Source of the DNA: an uncultured Bacillota bacterium
GTDB lineage: Bacteria; Bacillota_I; Bacilli_A; RF39; UBA660
DNA length: 50,252 nt
Direction of reading: 5' to 3'
NCBI GenBank assembly: GCA_947303895.1
Contig: CAMYZQ010000002.1
Location: 1-50,252, forward strand
The notes under the pieces were generated by a model. The model made no database searches and was not told the origin of the DNA. It worked only from the letters and a program-made list of their open reading frames with translations. A program made the translations under genes and the position numbers. Position 1 is the first letter of the stretch; the number at the start of each line of letters is the position of its first letter. This document shows, piece by piece, positions 1-9,031 of this stretch.

Positions 1-1086
1 TAAAGAAGTACAATATTTATTTAAATCTATCCTAGTATCTTCTCTTTGTAAATCAACAATATGTTTTCTAAAATTATTATCTTGTATTTTCTCTAGTCTA
101 TCTTCTACATCCTTTATAGATGATACATAACAAAATTTTCTAAGCTCATCATTTGTAAATACTTTCTTTTGAAAGTCATAAGCAGAATCGATTAAAACTA
201 CATTTCCTATAATTATTGATTCATATATTCTTTGGGCTAAATCTCCCCATGACTTATATATAGGATCTCCAATAATTACAGTCGCCTTAGCTTCAGCCAT
301 CTTAGATCCAAATTTATCATATTCTACTGATTTTCCAAAATTAGGAGGATTTAGGGTCTCTATTTTTTTATGATTAAAATCATCAATAGAAATTTTTCCA
401 AACATTTCTACTTTAAATTTTGGATCATATCCAAAATAATATTTAATCATATCGTCTTCTCTTCTTCCACCTCTAAATGTACCTCCATACAGAAGATCAT
501 ATGATGTATTTTCATTAAATGGATAATAATTCATTGTAAGTAGTGGAAACTTTTCAAACGGGAAATATATTACATCTTTTATAGGAACTAATTTTTTAGC
601 TTTATCTTTTACTTTATGTACAAATCTAGCTTGAGAAATATATATAATATCATCTCTAGTAATTAAAATATCTTCTTTATTATAATTACTTGCCCACTTC
701 TTTTTTTCTATAGAAGGCCAAATCTGCTTAAACAACAAATTACAATCACACATTAAATAAAATACTTTACCTTTAAAATGATTTATAATATAGTAATTTA
801 AAGTTTGTGCAGGGTCATCTACTCCTCCAAAATAATTTACATTTCCATTTAATATAATAAGAGCATTATACTGTCTATCATTTATATTTTTATAATCATC
901 TTCAATATTATAAACTGTAAAATCTTCTGGAGTTAAATCTTTATCTAAAACTTTTGTATAAGCATCTACATCAATTCCTGCAGTAGTAAGAATTTTTATA
1001 ATAGAGAGAGTTTCTCCTGTTCCTCCACTTGTACCAGTAGATGATATTGAGATTCTACTACCTAATTTTATTACTGCTACTTTCAT
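1..1086 (-). CDS. bgt: DNA beta-glucosyltransferase-like enzyme (phage T4 Bgt family); 3' end runs off the window
   Basis: This ORF is not in the supplied track. Reading + strand triplets 1-3, 4-6 ... up to 1086 I found no tta/cta/tca, so the minus-strand frame is open throughout. It starts at ATG 1086-1084, an ATGA overlap with the stop of 1083..2387. My hand translation gives MKVAVIKLG..NGNVNYFGG..FYLMCDCNLLFKQIWP..YGGTFRGGRRE..VIIGDPIY..QRIYES..VVLID. This is colinear with T4 Bgt as I recall it (MKIAIINMG, NSSINFFGG, YYLFTDIRLPFSQSWP, YGGSFRSGQRE, LIIGDKNY..LRVWET..VMLID). Confidence 0.8.
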   Translation of the reverse strand, partial: MKVAVIKLGSRISISSTGTSGGTGETLSIIKILTTAGIDVDAYTKVLDKDLTPEDFTVYNIEDDYKNINDRQYNALIILNGNVNYFGGVDDPAQTLNYYIINHFKGKVFYLMCDCNLLFKQIWPSIEKKKWASNYNKEDILITRDDIIYISQARFVHKVKDKAKKLVPIKDVIYFPFEKFPLLTMNYYPFNENTSYDLLYGGTFRGGRREDDMIKYYFGYDPKFKVEMFGKISIDDFNHKKIETLNPPNFGKSVEYDKFGSKMAEAKATVIIGDPIYKSWGDLAQRIYESIIIGNVVLIDSAYDFQKKVFTNDELRKFCYVSSIKDVEDRLEKIQDNNFRKHIVDLQREDTRIDLNKYCTSL

Positions 1087-2387
1087 CTTATAATACCACA
1101 ATCCTTTACAACTTCTATAAAATCTTCTTTAGAAGTCCATTTATTATCTACATAATCTATTAATTTATTCATAATATTTTCAGACTTTATAAGTCTATAA
1201 ATATCAAGCTTATTATCTAGAATTCTCATATCACCATAGGCAATATCATTTACAAGATCAAAATCTTTTTCATATACATGCATAGAAAAAGCATAATGAG
1301 TATATGATCCATATGATACTCCCAATCTATCTGCAACATATTTCTGAAGAGATATGAAGAAACTTAAATCATAAGACAATCCAAATATCACATCATTACT
1401 TCTCATCACTGTAGTACAATTAAGTTTATTATCTCTTATCATAAAAGATAAACAAATTGTACATATTTCATCTTTCGTATCTTTTACATTAATATTTGGA
1501 GTATTAAAATTCAATATTGCTCTTCTAGATGATGGATCTTGTTTCAGCAAATCTATAATAGTTTCAATCTGATTGAAACCATGCTTTTTCTGTAAAACAT
1601 ATCCATACGCAGAATTACTTGTCACTCCATCATCACTTATCTTATCCCAAAACTTAGAAAAATGTCTGATAAATGCAAGATCATTTCTTCCAGACCAATA
1701 CCACAACATTTCTCCAATAAGATAATTATATGAAATATTTCTAGACTTAAGATTTATAACATCATTCGTAATATCATTTATAGTAAAAGAATAATTACTA
1801 AGTTCTCTATAGTCACCTCTAGTAGTCTTTCCACCACTAATTAATTCACCTTTTTCTATAAGGTCTTTACAAACATTTTTATATGCAATATTTATATTTG
1901 TCTGATTCATTCTAGAAACAATCCAAGACCAAAGTCTATCATAAGCACCATCTAGAGCAATATCTACAACATACATATTATTATATTCCCATGCAGAAAA
2001 TATATAAGCATATTTAGTAAATAACTGATTCTGTTGCTCAATCTCTTCTAGATAATTATATTCTTCTCTTTGAATAAGTCTATCTTTAAGAATATTTATA
2101 TCTGAAGTAATAAAAATTATAAGCAAATCATTATTATCAACTATTGCTCTCATAATCTTATTACCACCATCAAAATCAAACTTTGGTTCTCTTCCATAGA
2201 TTTCTGGATATACAAGCTCTCCTATATGAAATCTATCAAATACAGTATTTCCTTGATACAAAGCATTTAAATGATTTTCCAAAGTTTCAGATGGAAAATG
2301 ATTATAACTCATATTATAATTAGTTACTAACTTATTTGCTAAAGTTGTCTTACCTATTCCATCAGGACCTTCAAGAATTATATTCAT
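1083..2387 (-). CDS. Fusion protein: N-terminal P-loop (d)NMP kinase (thymidylate-kinase-like) plus C-terminal ThyA-family pyrimidine hydroxymethylase (T4 gp42 dCMP hydroxymethylase-like)
   Basis: The N-terminus has the Walker A motif GPDGIGKTT and a DRFHIGELVY motif, as in dTMP kinases. Residues ~165-434 carry ThyA-fold motifs: LIGEMLWYWSG, SNSAYGY and DPSSRRAILNF. The stretch DEICTICLSFMIRDNKLNCTTVMRSNDVIFGLSYD aligns without gaps to T4 gp42 DFMCTNTVQYLIRDKKINAVVNMRSNDVVFGFRND. The catalytic Cys (C309) and the base-discriminating Asp (D340) are both conserved. A strong RBS is present (AGGAGGAAAGTATATG). Confidence 0.75.
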   Translation of the reverse strand: MNIILEGPDGIGKTTLANKLVTNYNMSYNHFPSETLENHLNALYQGNTVFDRFHIGELVYPEIYGREPKFDFDGGNKIMRAIVDNNDLLIIFITSDINILKDRLIQREEYNYLEEIEQQNQLFTKYAYIFSAWEYNNMYVVDIALDGAYDRLWSWIVSRMNQTNINIAYKNVCKDLIEKGELISGGKTTRGDYRELSNYSFTINDITNDVINLKSRNISYNYLIGEMLWYWSGRNDLAFIRHFSKFWDKISDDGVTSNSAYGYVLQKKHGFNQIETIIDLLKQDPSSRRAILNFNTPNINVKDTKDEICTICLSFMIRDNKLNCTTVMRSNDVIFGLSYDLSFFISLQKYVADRLGVSYGSYTHYAFSMHVYEKDFDLVNDIAYGDMRILDNKLDIYRLIKSENIMNKLIDYVDNKWTSKEDFIEVVKDCGIIR

Positions 2388-2404
2388 ATACTTTCCTCCT
2401 ATAT

Positions 2405-2423
2405 TAGTATAATAATTATACTA
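2405..2423. promoter_or_regulatory. 19-bp perfect palindrome between the polymerase stop and the RBS of the kinase-hydroxymethylase gene (candidate operator or small RNA hairpin)
   Basis: tagtataat-a-attatacta has 9-bp arms that are exact reverse complements. It sits about 10 nt upstream of the AGGAGG RBS. Confidence 0.3.
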
Positions 2424-2433
2424 TCTTTATATA

Positions 2434-4836
2434 TTATTGTAAATACTGTACTATTAATTCTCTTGTACTTTCTGGATGATTTTGAACTAAATTATCAATT
2501 GATACTCCTGAATTATATTCCTTAACTATGTTTTTAGAATATTCTTCTTCATACCAATGTTTTTCTATTGTTGGATCACATTTAATAGGAACATTAAGAT
2601 CTAAAGCACAAGTCTTCATTAAATATACTAATCTATCAGAAGCTTCTTTTGCATATTGTTCATCACATTGTCCAATTAACTCATCATGAACACCTATTAG
2701 AAGTCTAAAATTATATTTCTTCATTAAGTCATCATTATAAATAGCAATCATTGCTTTTTTAGTCATTGTAGCTGCAGAACCTTGGATTCTTGCATTTACG
2801 CATTGACGTTTAGCTCTACTTATAAATCCACCATTCTTTATAATTTCTAATCCTTCTTTTTTAGCTTCTTGCTTTACTTTATCATAATCTTTAAAAGAAA
2901 TATTTTTAAGTTTATTTTTATACTTATTTATTAATTCTTCATCTACTTTATTACCTGAAGATCCTATAAGTGGATTAAATGACTTTTTATTTTCCATTTT
3001 AAATGAATATTCTGGAAGTAATAAATCTGGAAGTCTTCTTCGTCTACCCCAAAAATCCTCTACATAACCTTTTTGACAAGCTTCTTCTTCAGTTTTTCTC
3101 ATCCAGTCAGAAACTTCAGGGAATCCTGTATGAAAGTCTTCTACTATCTTTATTGCTTCATCTAACGAACAATGCATGTCTTCAGACAATTTCTTAGGTC
3201 CCATACCGTAGCTCATTCCAAGATAAAGAGTTTTCATCTGTTTTCTACGTTTTTTTCCTTCAAGATTGTCTGAACCATCTTCCCAGTGCTCCATATTTTC
3301 CCAATAGTCATTACCATATACTCCAGAACCAAGAGTAGCATAAAGATCTCTTCCAGCTTTATATGATTCTAAGAGTTTATGATCTCTTGAGAAAGCAGTT
3401 AAAATTCTCGGTTCTTGTTGAGAATAATCTGCTCCTATAAGTATTTTTCCTGGATCTGCACAAAACATCATTCTAACTTCAATATTTCTAGCAGGAATTT
3501 GCTGAAGATTTGGATTTGTACAACTAAATCTACCTGTATCAGTACCTAATTGATTAAAATTAGAATGGATCTTATTATCTCTTTCAGAAGCAAGTTTGGG
3601 AAGAGCGTCTATAAAAGCATCTAATAATTTTAATAAAGTTCTTTGTTCTATAATTAATTTTACTATTGGCAAATCAATTTGTTTAAGAATATCTTCTCCT
3701 GTACCTCTTGGATTATTTTTATCTATAACTGATACCTTTAATATATCATATAGCAATATTGCTAATTGTGTAGGACTAGTTAGTGCGGGTGGATCTTCAA
3801 GCTGTTCTGCTCTAGTTTTTTTATTTTGAACTTCTTCTCCTTTTACTATTCTAAATGCTTTTTCTTGAGCATAAGGAGTCAACTTCCAAGCAGTAATTTG
3901 AGGTCTTAAATTTTCTAATTCTTTATTTAATTCTGAATTAATAATATCTAATTTATGGTGATATTTTTTACTTAATCTTTCACAGTATTCCTTATCAAGA
4001 GCAATACCATCTAGCTCCATTTCTGAAACTACTTCAATAATTGGAAATTCTACATCATAAAGAAGCGAAAGTAATCTTTTATTTTCTGGCTTTATTAATT
4101 CTTTAAATTGATATTGATAAAGTCTATAAGTTTTATATGAATCTGTAGCTGCATACAAAGCAAATAATTCAGGATCAATAATTGCATATTCTAGTCCTTC
4201 AAATAAATGATCTATAGAATATTTTTCTTCTGTAGGATCAATTTTCATTACATATTGATCCTTTAATCTTGCAGACCACTCATTCTCATTTAATATTCTA
4301 GCAGCAACTTGAGAATCCCAATAAATAGGAAAAGTACAATTACATGTACATTTAAGAACCTTATAGTCAAATTTTCCATTATGTGTAATAATTTTTACAC
4401 TATTAAGTTTCTCTACTCCTTCTTTTATGTCTTCTTCAGTTAGTTGCCAAGAAAGTCTTTCTCCAGTATCTTTATTTATATGATTTACTGGAATATAAGC
4501 TGCAGGCATTCCTTCTGTATAAAGACAAAGACCCATAAGCTTACATGTTAAAGGGTCAAGACTATTATTTGTTTCTGTATCTAAAGCTACAATTCCTATT
4601 GTTTTGCATTTATCTATATAAGAATCATATTCATCTTTTGATTTAATGACTATAGTAGAATCTGCATACTTTCCTAAAATCTTATAGACAGATTTTTCTA
4701 TATGAAAAAGCTTTTCTTCAATAGAAATTTTAGATTCTTTTTTCTTTACTTTTTTAGGACTATTAACTTTATCTAAAGCTTTTTTAGATTTTTCTATTGA
4801 TGATTCTACTACGAATTCATCTCCCCACAAATTCAT
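2434..4836 (-). CDS. Family A DNA polymerase (Pol I-like) with 3'-5' exonuclease domain
   Basis: Exo I motif VALDTETN. Pol motif A IGADYSQQEPRIL. Motif B KRRKQMKTLYLGMSYGMG. Motif C LIGVHDELI. The ORF is 800 aa and uninterrupted. Confidence 0.95.
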   Translation of the reverse strand: MNLWGDEFVVESSIEKSKKALDKVNSPKKVKKKESKISIEEKLFHIEKSVYKILGKYADSTIVIKSKDEYDSYIDKCKTIGIVALDTETNNSLDPLTCKLMGLCLYTEGMPAAYIPVNHINKDTGERLSWQLTEEDIKEGVEKLNSVKIITHNGKFDYKVLKCTCNCTFPIYWDSQVAARILNENEWSARLKDQYVMKIDPTEEKYSIDHLFEGLEYAIIDPELFALYAATDSYKTYRLYQYQFKELIKPENKRLLSLLYDVEFPIIEVVSEMELDGIALDKEYCERLSKKYHHKLDIINSELNKELENLRPQITAWKLTPYAQEKAFRIVKGEEVQNKKTRAEQLEDPPALTSPTQLAILLYDILKVSVIDKNNPRGTGEDILKQIDLPIVKLIIEQRTLLKLLDAFIDALPKLASERDNKIHSNFNQLGTDTGRFSCTNPNLQQIPARNIEVRMMFCADPGKILIGADYSQQEPRILTAFSRDHKLLESYKAGRDLYATLGSGVYGNDYWENMEHWEDGSDNLEGKKRRKQMKTLYLGMSYGMGPKKLSEDMHCSLDEAIKIVEDFHTGFPEVSDWMRKTEEEACQKGYVEDFWGRRRRLPDLLLPEYSFKMENKKSFNPLIGSSGNKVDEELINKYKNKLKNISFKDYDKVKQEAKKEGLEIIKNGGFISRAKRQCVNARIQGSAATMTKKAMIAIYNDDLMKKYNFRLLIGVHDELIGQCDEQYAKEASDRLVYLMKTCALDLNVPIKCDPTIEKHWYEEEYSKNIVKEYNSGVSIDNLVQNHPESTRELIVQYLQ

Positions 4837-4978
4837 CTAATATCTCCCAAAATGTTCTTCCATTAACTGGTTCTGATATACTATTTATATATTCAGCAAA
4901 TTCTTGATATTCTTCTTCAGTCAAGTCAACCATATCACCAAACAATTCTTTTGCTTCATTATATAATTTCATACTCAT
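4817..4978 (-). CDS. Small hypothetical protein (53 aa), below the ORF-track cutoff
   Basis: Hand translation gives MSMKLYNEAKELFGDMVDLTEEEYQEFAEYINSISEPVNGRTFWEILDEFVGR*. An AAGGA RBS lies 8 nt upstream. The stop overlaps the polymerase start by 20 nt, which suggests coupling. There is no recognisable domain. Confidence 0.35.
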   Translation of the reverse strand: MSMKLYNEAKELFGDMVDLTEEEYQEFAEYINSISEPVNGRTFWEILDEFVGR

Positions 4979-4994
4979 TTTGTAAATCCTTATT

Positions 4995-5031
4995 TTATAA
5001 AAATAAGCCAGGAGTATTAGCTCCTGGCTTT
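4995..5031 (-). terminator. Rho-independent terminator downstream of the SSB gene
   Basis: The minus-strand RNA reads AGCCAGGAG-CUAAUA-CUCCUGGCU, a perfect 9-bp GC-containing stem (5006-5014 / 5021-5029). It is followed by UAUUUUUAU and starts 5 nt after the TGA at 5035-5037. Confidence 0.85.
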
Positions 5032-5034
5032 AAA

Positions 5035-5841
5035 TCAATAATATCTCTGAGGTCTCTGAAGACTTCCTTCAGTCATTGGAGCTGGACCTCCATCTGTATA
5101 AGGCTGTTCATAACCATTAGGAATAGGTCTTGGAGCAAGATTTGGATTACCATTTGAATGCATAGTTGAACTATTAGGATCTGATGAAACATTAGTATAT
5201 TTCATATCCTGAAATCCATTAGAACTTACTTCTTTAGTTCTTTCTGGAAAATTTCCAGTTCTCATAAAAGCTATCATTTCATCTGCAGTCTTATCAAGAA
5301 CCATTCTTCCAAGAACTCTAAATTCTTCATCTTCAAAAGCTGAAGTATCTTTCTTATAATCTTCAAGAGTATAAACTTGAGGATTTATGTTCGGAATAAT
5401 ATCATATGTTGTATCAAGCCCAGATCCATGCCTAATTATCTTGCACATAATATTTGAAAGAGGACCATAATTATCAACATAACTTTTAAGCTTAGGCACA
5501 TATGTACCAGCCGGTCTATCCCAAACTACAGCATGAGGCTTCTTATTCTCATCATACTGAAGAAGTTTAATAAATACTCTCTGCTTTACCTTTTCTCCAC
5601 TATTACAGAAAGGACACATTTCCAGTGGATCATGAGGTGTTCTAAGACAATTTACATTCCTATTTGGAAAACTACTCTGTCCTACTGTTACTGGATGAAC
5701 TGTAAGAATCTCAAGATCAGAAACCTGATCACAAAGAATTCTAACAATAGCTTCATCTCCATCTGACTTTAGTGAAAAGAATCCTACATTAAACTCATTA
5801 TCACTACTTGATTTAACATCTTCATAACTAATCTGTGCCAT
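5035..5841 (-). CDS. ssDNA-binding protein, T4 gp32-like (zinc-containing)
   Basis: GDEAIVRIL resembles gp32 GQAVIRFL. CLRTPHDPLEMCPFC gives a C-x4-H-x5-C-x2-C pattern, like the gp32 Cys3His zinc site. The gene lies next to primase and polymerase. I moved the start to ATG 5841 (MAQISY...) because AAAGGAG lies 7 nt upstream of it; the track start at 5871 lacks an RBS. Confidence 0.6.
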   Translation of the reverse strand: MAQISYEDVKSSSDNEFNVGFFSLKSDGDEAIVRILCDQVSDLEILTVHPVTVGQSSFPNRNVNCLRTPHDPLEMCPFCNSGEKVKQRVFIKLLQYDENKKPHAVVWDRPAGTYVPKLKSYVDNYGPLSNIMCKIIRHGSGLDTTYDIIPNINPQVYTLEDYKKDTSAFEDEEFRVLGRMVLDKTADEMIAFMRTGNFPERTKEVSSNGFQDMKYTNVSSDPNSSTMHSNGNPNLAPRPIPNGYEQPYTDGGPAPMTEGSLQRPQRYY

Positions 5842-5897
5842 CTTTATTCTCCTTTTATAAATCTTAAACAACTTAGCACTTATTTATATATTATAAA

Positions 5898-6878
5898 CTA
5901 ATTTTTATGAATTGTAAAAAACCTCATATAATTAGTCTTATCCATAATTCTTAAATTATCGATTTCTTCCTTAGATAAATCATTTATATCTTTCCCTTCA
6001 GGAAGTAATAAAACATCTATTATAATATTATCTGGCATATTTTCAATAAATCTCATTATACCATGTCTTCCTGCCATATCTCCATCTAAAGCTAAATGAA
6101 ATATTCTTATACCAGATTTTTTTAGAATTTCATATTGATCTTTAGTCCCAGTTCCTAACAAAGCAACTGCTGACTTATCTAATGAATTAAGATACAAAGC
6201 ATCAATTTGACTTTCAACTACATATACTTCTTGTATATGCTCTTTTTTTATAAAATTTAAAAGATAAACTGGCTTACCAATATCTTTTGGTAAATAAAAA
6301 TATTTACTATTAACACTTCTTTCTGATATACCTAATAGATGATTATTCTCATCCCATATAGGAAATGTTATCGCATCTTTCTCTTTATCCCATCCAATTT
6401 TATACTTAACAATAATTTCTTCTGTAAGTTTTCTTTTAAACATATATGGGTGAAAATATGCATATTGATCTAAAATTGATTCATCTAAATATTCTATTTT
6501 ATTCTTTTCTAAAGATATTGTAGGAAGAGAAATTAATTCTTCAGTAATAGTTTTAGAAAAATTGTCTATTAGCCACTGCTTAGCTTCTTCAATTCCACAA
6601 TTTAAACATCTAGAAACTAATTGATAAAGCTGTCCTTTTGATCCACAAGTAAAACATTTGTAAAAACCAAATGGTACTTCATTATTATCTGTTCTATTAT
6701 AAACATAACAAGATGGATGATTTTCTAAACCGTCTTTATGCCAAGCACAAGTAATAGCAATATTATCTCCTCTTTTAGCTATATCTTTTAAAAATCTACC
6801 ATCAGTTTCTTGTCTTAATCTTTTAAGAATATCTTCTAAATTTGAATCTATTATATGATTATTTATTATAAGGTTCAT
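5898..6878 (-). CDS. DNA primase (DnaG-type: CHC2 zinc finger plus TOPRIM)
   Basis: Zinc finger CAWHKDGLENHPSC...CFTCGSKG. TOPRIM motifs VYVVESQIDALYL and LALDGDMAGRHG. Confidence 0.85.
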   Translation of the reverse strand: MNLIINNHIIDSNLEDILKRLRQETDGRFLKDIAKRGDNIAITCAWHKDGLENHPSCYVYNRTDNNEVPFGFYKCFTCGSKGQLYQLVSRCLNCGIEEAKQWLIDNFSKTITEELISLPTISLEKNKIEYLDESILDQYAYFHPYMFKRKLTEEIIVKYKIGWDKEKDAITFPIWDENNHLLGISERSVNSKYFYLPKDIGKPVYLLNFIKKEHIQEVYVVESQIDALYLNSLDKSAVALLGTGTKDQYEILKKSGIRIFHLALDGDMAGRHGIMRFIENMPDNIIIDVLLLPEGKDINDLSKEEIDNLRIMDKTNYMRFFTIHKN

Positions 6879-7047
6879 AATCTATGTAACCGTCTTCTTT
6901 TAAACCACCAGTTCTTTCATAAAAACTTAAAATATTCCAAATATATAAAAGTGAATCTACATCAGAATCGTTTCTTATACTTTCTATTAAATAAAATCTG
7001 ATAAAATCCCTCAATGAACTAGCTTCATTTTCTGTAATCTCAATCAT
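6859..7047 (-). CDS. Hypothetical small protein (62 aa)
   Basis: This ORF fills the gap between helicase and primase with coupled overlaps: 1 nt with the helicase stop and 20 nt with the primase start. No motif was recognised. Confidence 0.4.
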   Translation of the reverse strand: MIEITENEASSLRDFIRFYLIESIRNDSDVDSLLYIWNILSFYERTGGLKEDGYIDYEPYNK

Positions 7048-8312
7048 TAAAAGACATCTTCTCCTTCTTCATTAAATTCTTTTTTTAACTCTTCTACACC
7101 TTCTCCATCAAGAGCATTTGCTTCTTCAGGAACATATGTAAATTTTCCATAATTTAAATCTATTAAATATGTAATATCTTTCATATTTGCAGAATCTCTT
7201 GATTTAATAAGATGTAAAGTCATTAAACCATTCTTTTGCTCAAAGAAAATTACTATTGTACTGTCTTGTCCAATTCTATCTGCTTGTGCGATATGTTCAA
7301 GACCTACACCATTTTCTGTTGAAGATCTATTTTGCTGCGAAACAGATATTATTGGAATTTTCTTTAATACTTGAAGATTCTTTAAATCTTTAGAAATATT
7401 AGAAGCTTTTTCTACAGGAGATCTAGCATGCCTATCATCTTCAAGAAGTGAATGTTGATCTATAAATAATATATCAAGATTTTCTTTTTCTATAAAAGCT
7501 CTTAATGCAGATACTCCAGCTGGACCATCTATCATATTTGGTGTAAGAACTTTTAAAAATCCTTTATATTTATTTGGAAGATTATCTAAATATCTTTTAT
7601 AATCATTTTGAACAGTTCTATCACCTTTAGTTAAAGCTGTATTAGAAATATTAGCAATAAGTGTATCTACTCTATAGCCAACTTTTCGTTCACTCATTTC
7701 TCCAGAATAGATACCTACATTCAATCCTTGTTCTACTGCAGCAACTGCACATTTAAATAATACCCAAGATTTTCCTTGATTAGATCTTGCTACAATAGTT
7801 GCTAATTCTTCTTGTCTATCCCAGCCACCAATAATTTCATCTAGTTCTCTAAAGCCTGTCTTAACATAATACTTATCAAAATTTTCACATCTTTCTACAT
7901 AAGCATCATATCTTTCTGTGTTTCTTAAAATATCTACAGCTTCAATATGCTTTGCTTTTACTACAGCTTCACTTGAAGATGTATATAATTGCATAGCCTC
8001 ATCTATTTTTCCATCAACAAGAAGTTGCCTAATATTATTAAATATTTCAGCTAATTTTCTAGTATTACGATCATCATATAATTTATCTATTAAATAATCT
8101 GAAGATTCATTAACCTCAACTATATCAAAATTAGGAAATCTATCTAAAAAAGTTAATTTATCTGGAATACTTCCATATTCATTTAAATGATCACAAATAA
8201 ATTTATACTCTTCCTTATAGTCTGAGAAAAACTCTTCATTTATATTATTCATAAGAAGCATTGAACTGTCTTTCGTATCAAGAATCCAGTTCAAAGTTTG
8301 AAGTTGAATCAT
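7047..8312 (-). CDS. Replicative DNA helicase (DnaB family)
   Basis: Walker A ARSNQGKSWVLF. GEMSERKVGYR. Walker B ILFIDQHSLL. SQQNR motif. The N-terminal helical domain has a typical length. Confidence 0.9.
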   Translation of the reverse strand: MIQLQTLNWILDTKDSSMLLMNNINEEFFSDYKEEYKFICDHLNEYGSIPDKLTFLDRFPNFDIVEVNESSDYLIDKLYDDRNTRKLAEIFNNIRQLLVDGKIDEAMQLYTSSSEAVVKAKHIEAVDILRNTERYDAYVERCENFDKYYVKTGFRELDEIIGGWDRQEELATIVARSNQGKSWVLFKCAVAAVEQGLNVGIYSGEMSERKVGYRVDTLIANISNTALTKGDRTVQNDYKRYLDNLPNKYKGFLKVLTPNMIDGPAGVSALRAFIEKENLDILFIDQHSLLEDDRHARSPVEKASNISKDLKNLQVLKKIPIISVSQQNRSSTENGVGLEHIAQADRIGQDSTIVIFFEQKNGLMTLHLIKSRDSANMKDITYLIDLNYGKFTYVPEEANALDGEGVEELKKEFNEEGEDVF

Positions 8313-9031
8313 TTTAGCTTAAGTCCTCTCTTATCTGCTCCTAAAAATTCTATAGTCTTCGATGTATTTATAATTCTACTTGCTAATCTATCTCCAACAA
8401 AACTACTAAGTTCATTTGGAACTATATTACTTGTAAATATATTTGACTTATTATCAAGCAATCTAGAATCAATTAAACTAAGTAAATGTTCATGCTCAAA
8501 TTCTGTTGCTACTTTAGTTCCTATATCATCCCAAACTACAATATCTGCACTATTTACATAAGCATTAATATGATCAATATAATCATTTTGATTAGAGATA
8601 CTTGCTTTTAATGAAAGTAAAAACTTTGGTACATTTATAAATAAAACACGACAAGTCAATTTTGACTCTGCCCATATTCTATTTATATATGATTGAATTA
8701 ATTTAATCGCCCAACTTGTTTTACCATTTCCAGGTATTCTTGAATAAATATAAATATTATCTCCATTCTTCGCAAAAGAAACAATATTATTTTTTATTAT
8801 ATTCAAATCTGTAAATGCTTGTAAATCAATTTTATTAACATCAAGCAATAAAGCTTTTCTTGTTTTTTGAGCATCAGATAATAGTGCTTGATCTAATAAA
8901 TAATTTATTTTATATTGTCGCATACAAGGTTTAACTTCACTATTTATATACGGACAACTATCTTGTTCACTATCATAGATTTTACAAGTATCTTTTATAA
9001 AACAATCTACCATTAATAACTTGTACTCCAA
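8309..9031 (-). CDS. DnaC/IstB-like AAA+ ATPase (putative helicase loader)
   Basis: Walker A RIPGNGKTSWAIKL and Walker B IVVWDDIG. There is a Cys-rich N-terminus. The gene sits immediately upstream of DnaB and overlaps it by 4 nt. Confidence 0.7.
   Translation of the reverse strand: MEYKLLMVDCFIKDTCKIYDSEQDSCPYINSEVKPCMRQYKINYLLDQALLSDAQKTRKALLLDVNKIDLQAFTDLNIIKNNIVSFAKNGDNIYIYSRIPGNGKTSWAIKLIQSYINRIWAESKLTCRVLFINVPKFLLSLKASISNQNDYIDHINAYVNSADIVVWDDIGTKVATEFEHEHLLSLIDSRLLDNKSNIFTSNIVPNELSSFVGDRLASRIINTSKTIEFLGADKRGLKLK

Noticed and set aside
1083-2387. Annotating the ThyA-fold domain as an ordinary thymidylate synthase.
   Set aside because: The specificity position is Asp (FGLSYD) as in T4 dCMP hydroxymethylase, not the Asn of ThyA. 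The motif block matches gp42 without gaps. The gene is also coupled to a Bgt-like glucosyltransferase. I cannot exclude dUMP or another pyrimidine substrate without biochemistry.
5842-5897. Promoter calls from TATAAT-like hexamers in other short gaps (for example 5842-5897, 11134-11180, 47907-47935).
   Set aside because: At about 27% G+C such hexamers occur by chance. No consistent -35 partner or spacing was found, so these are not reported.
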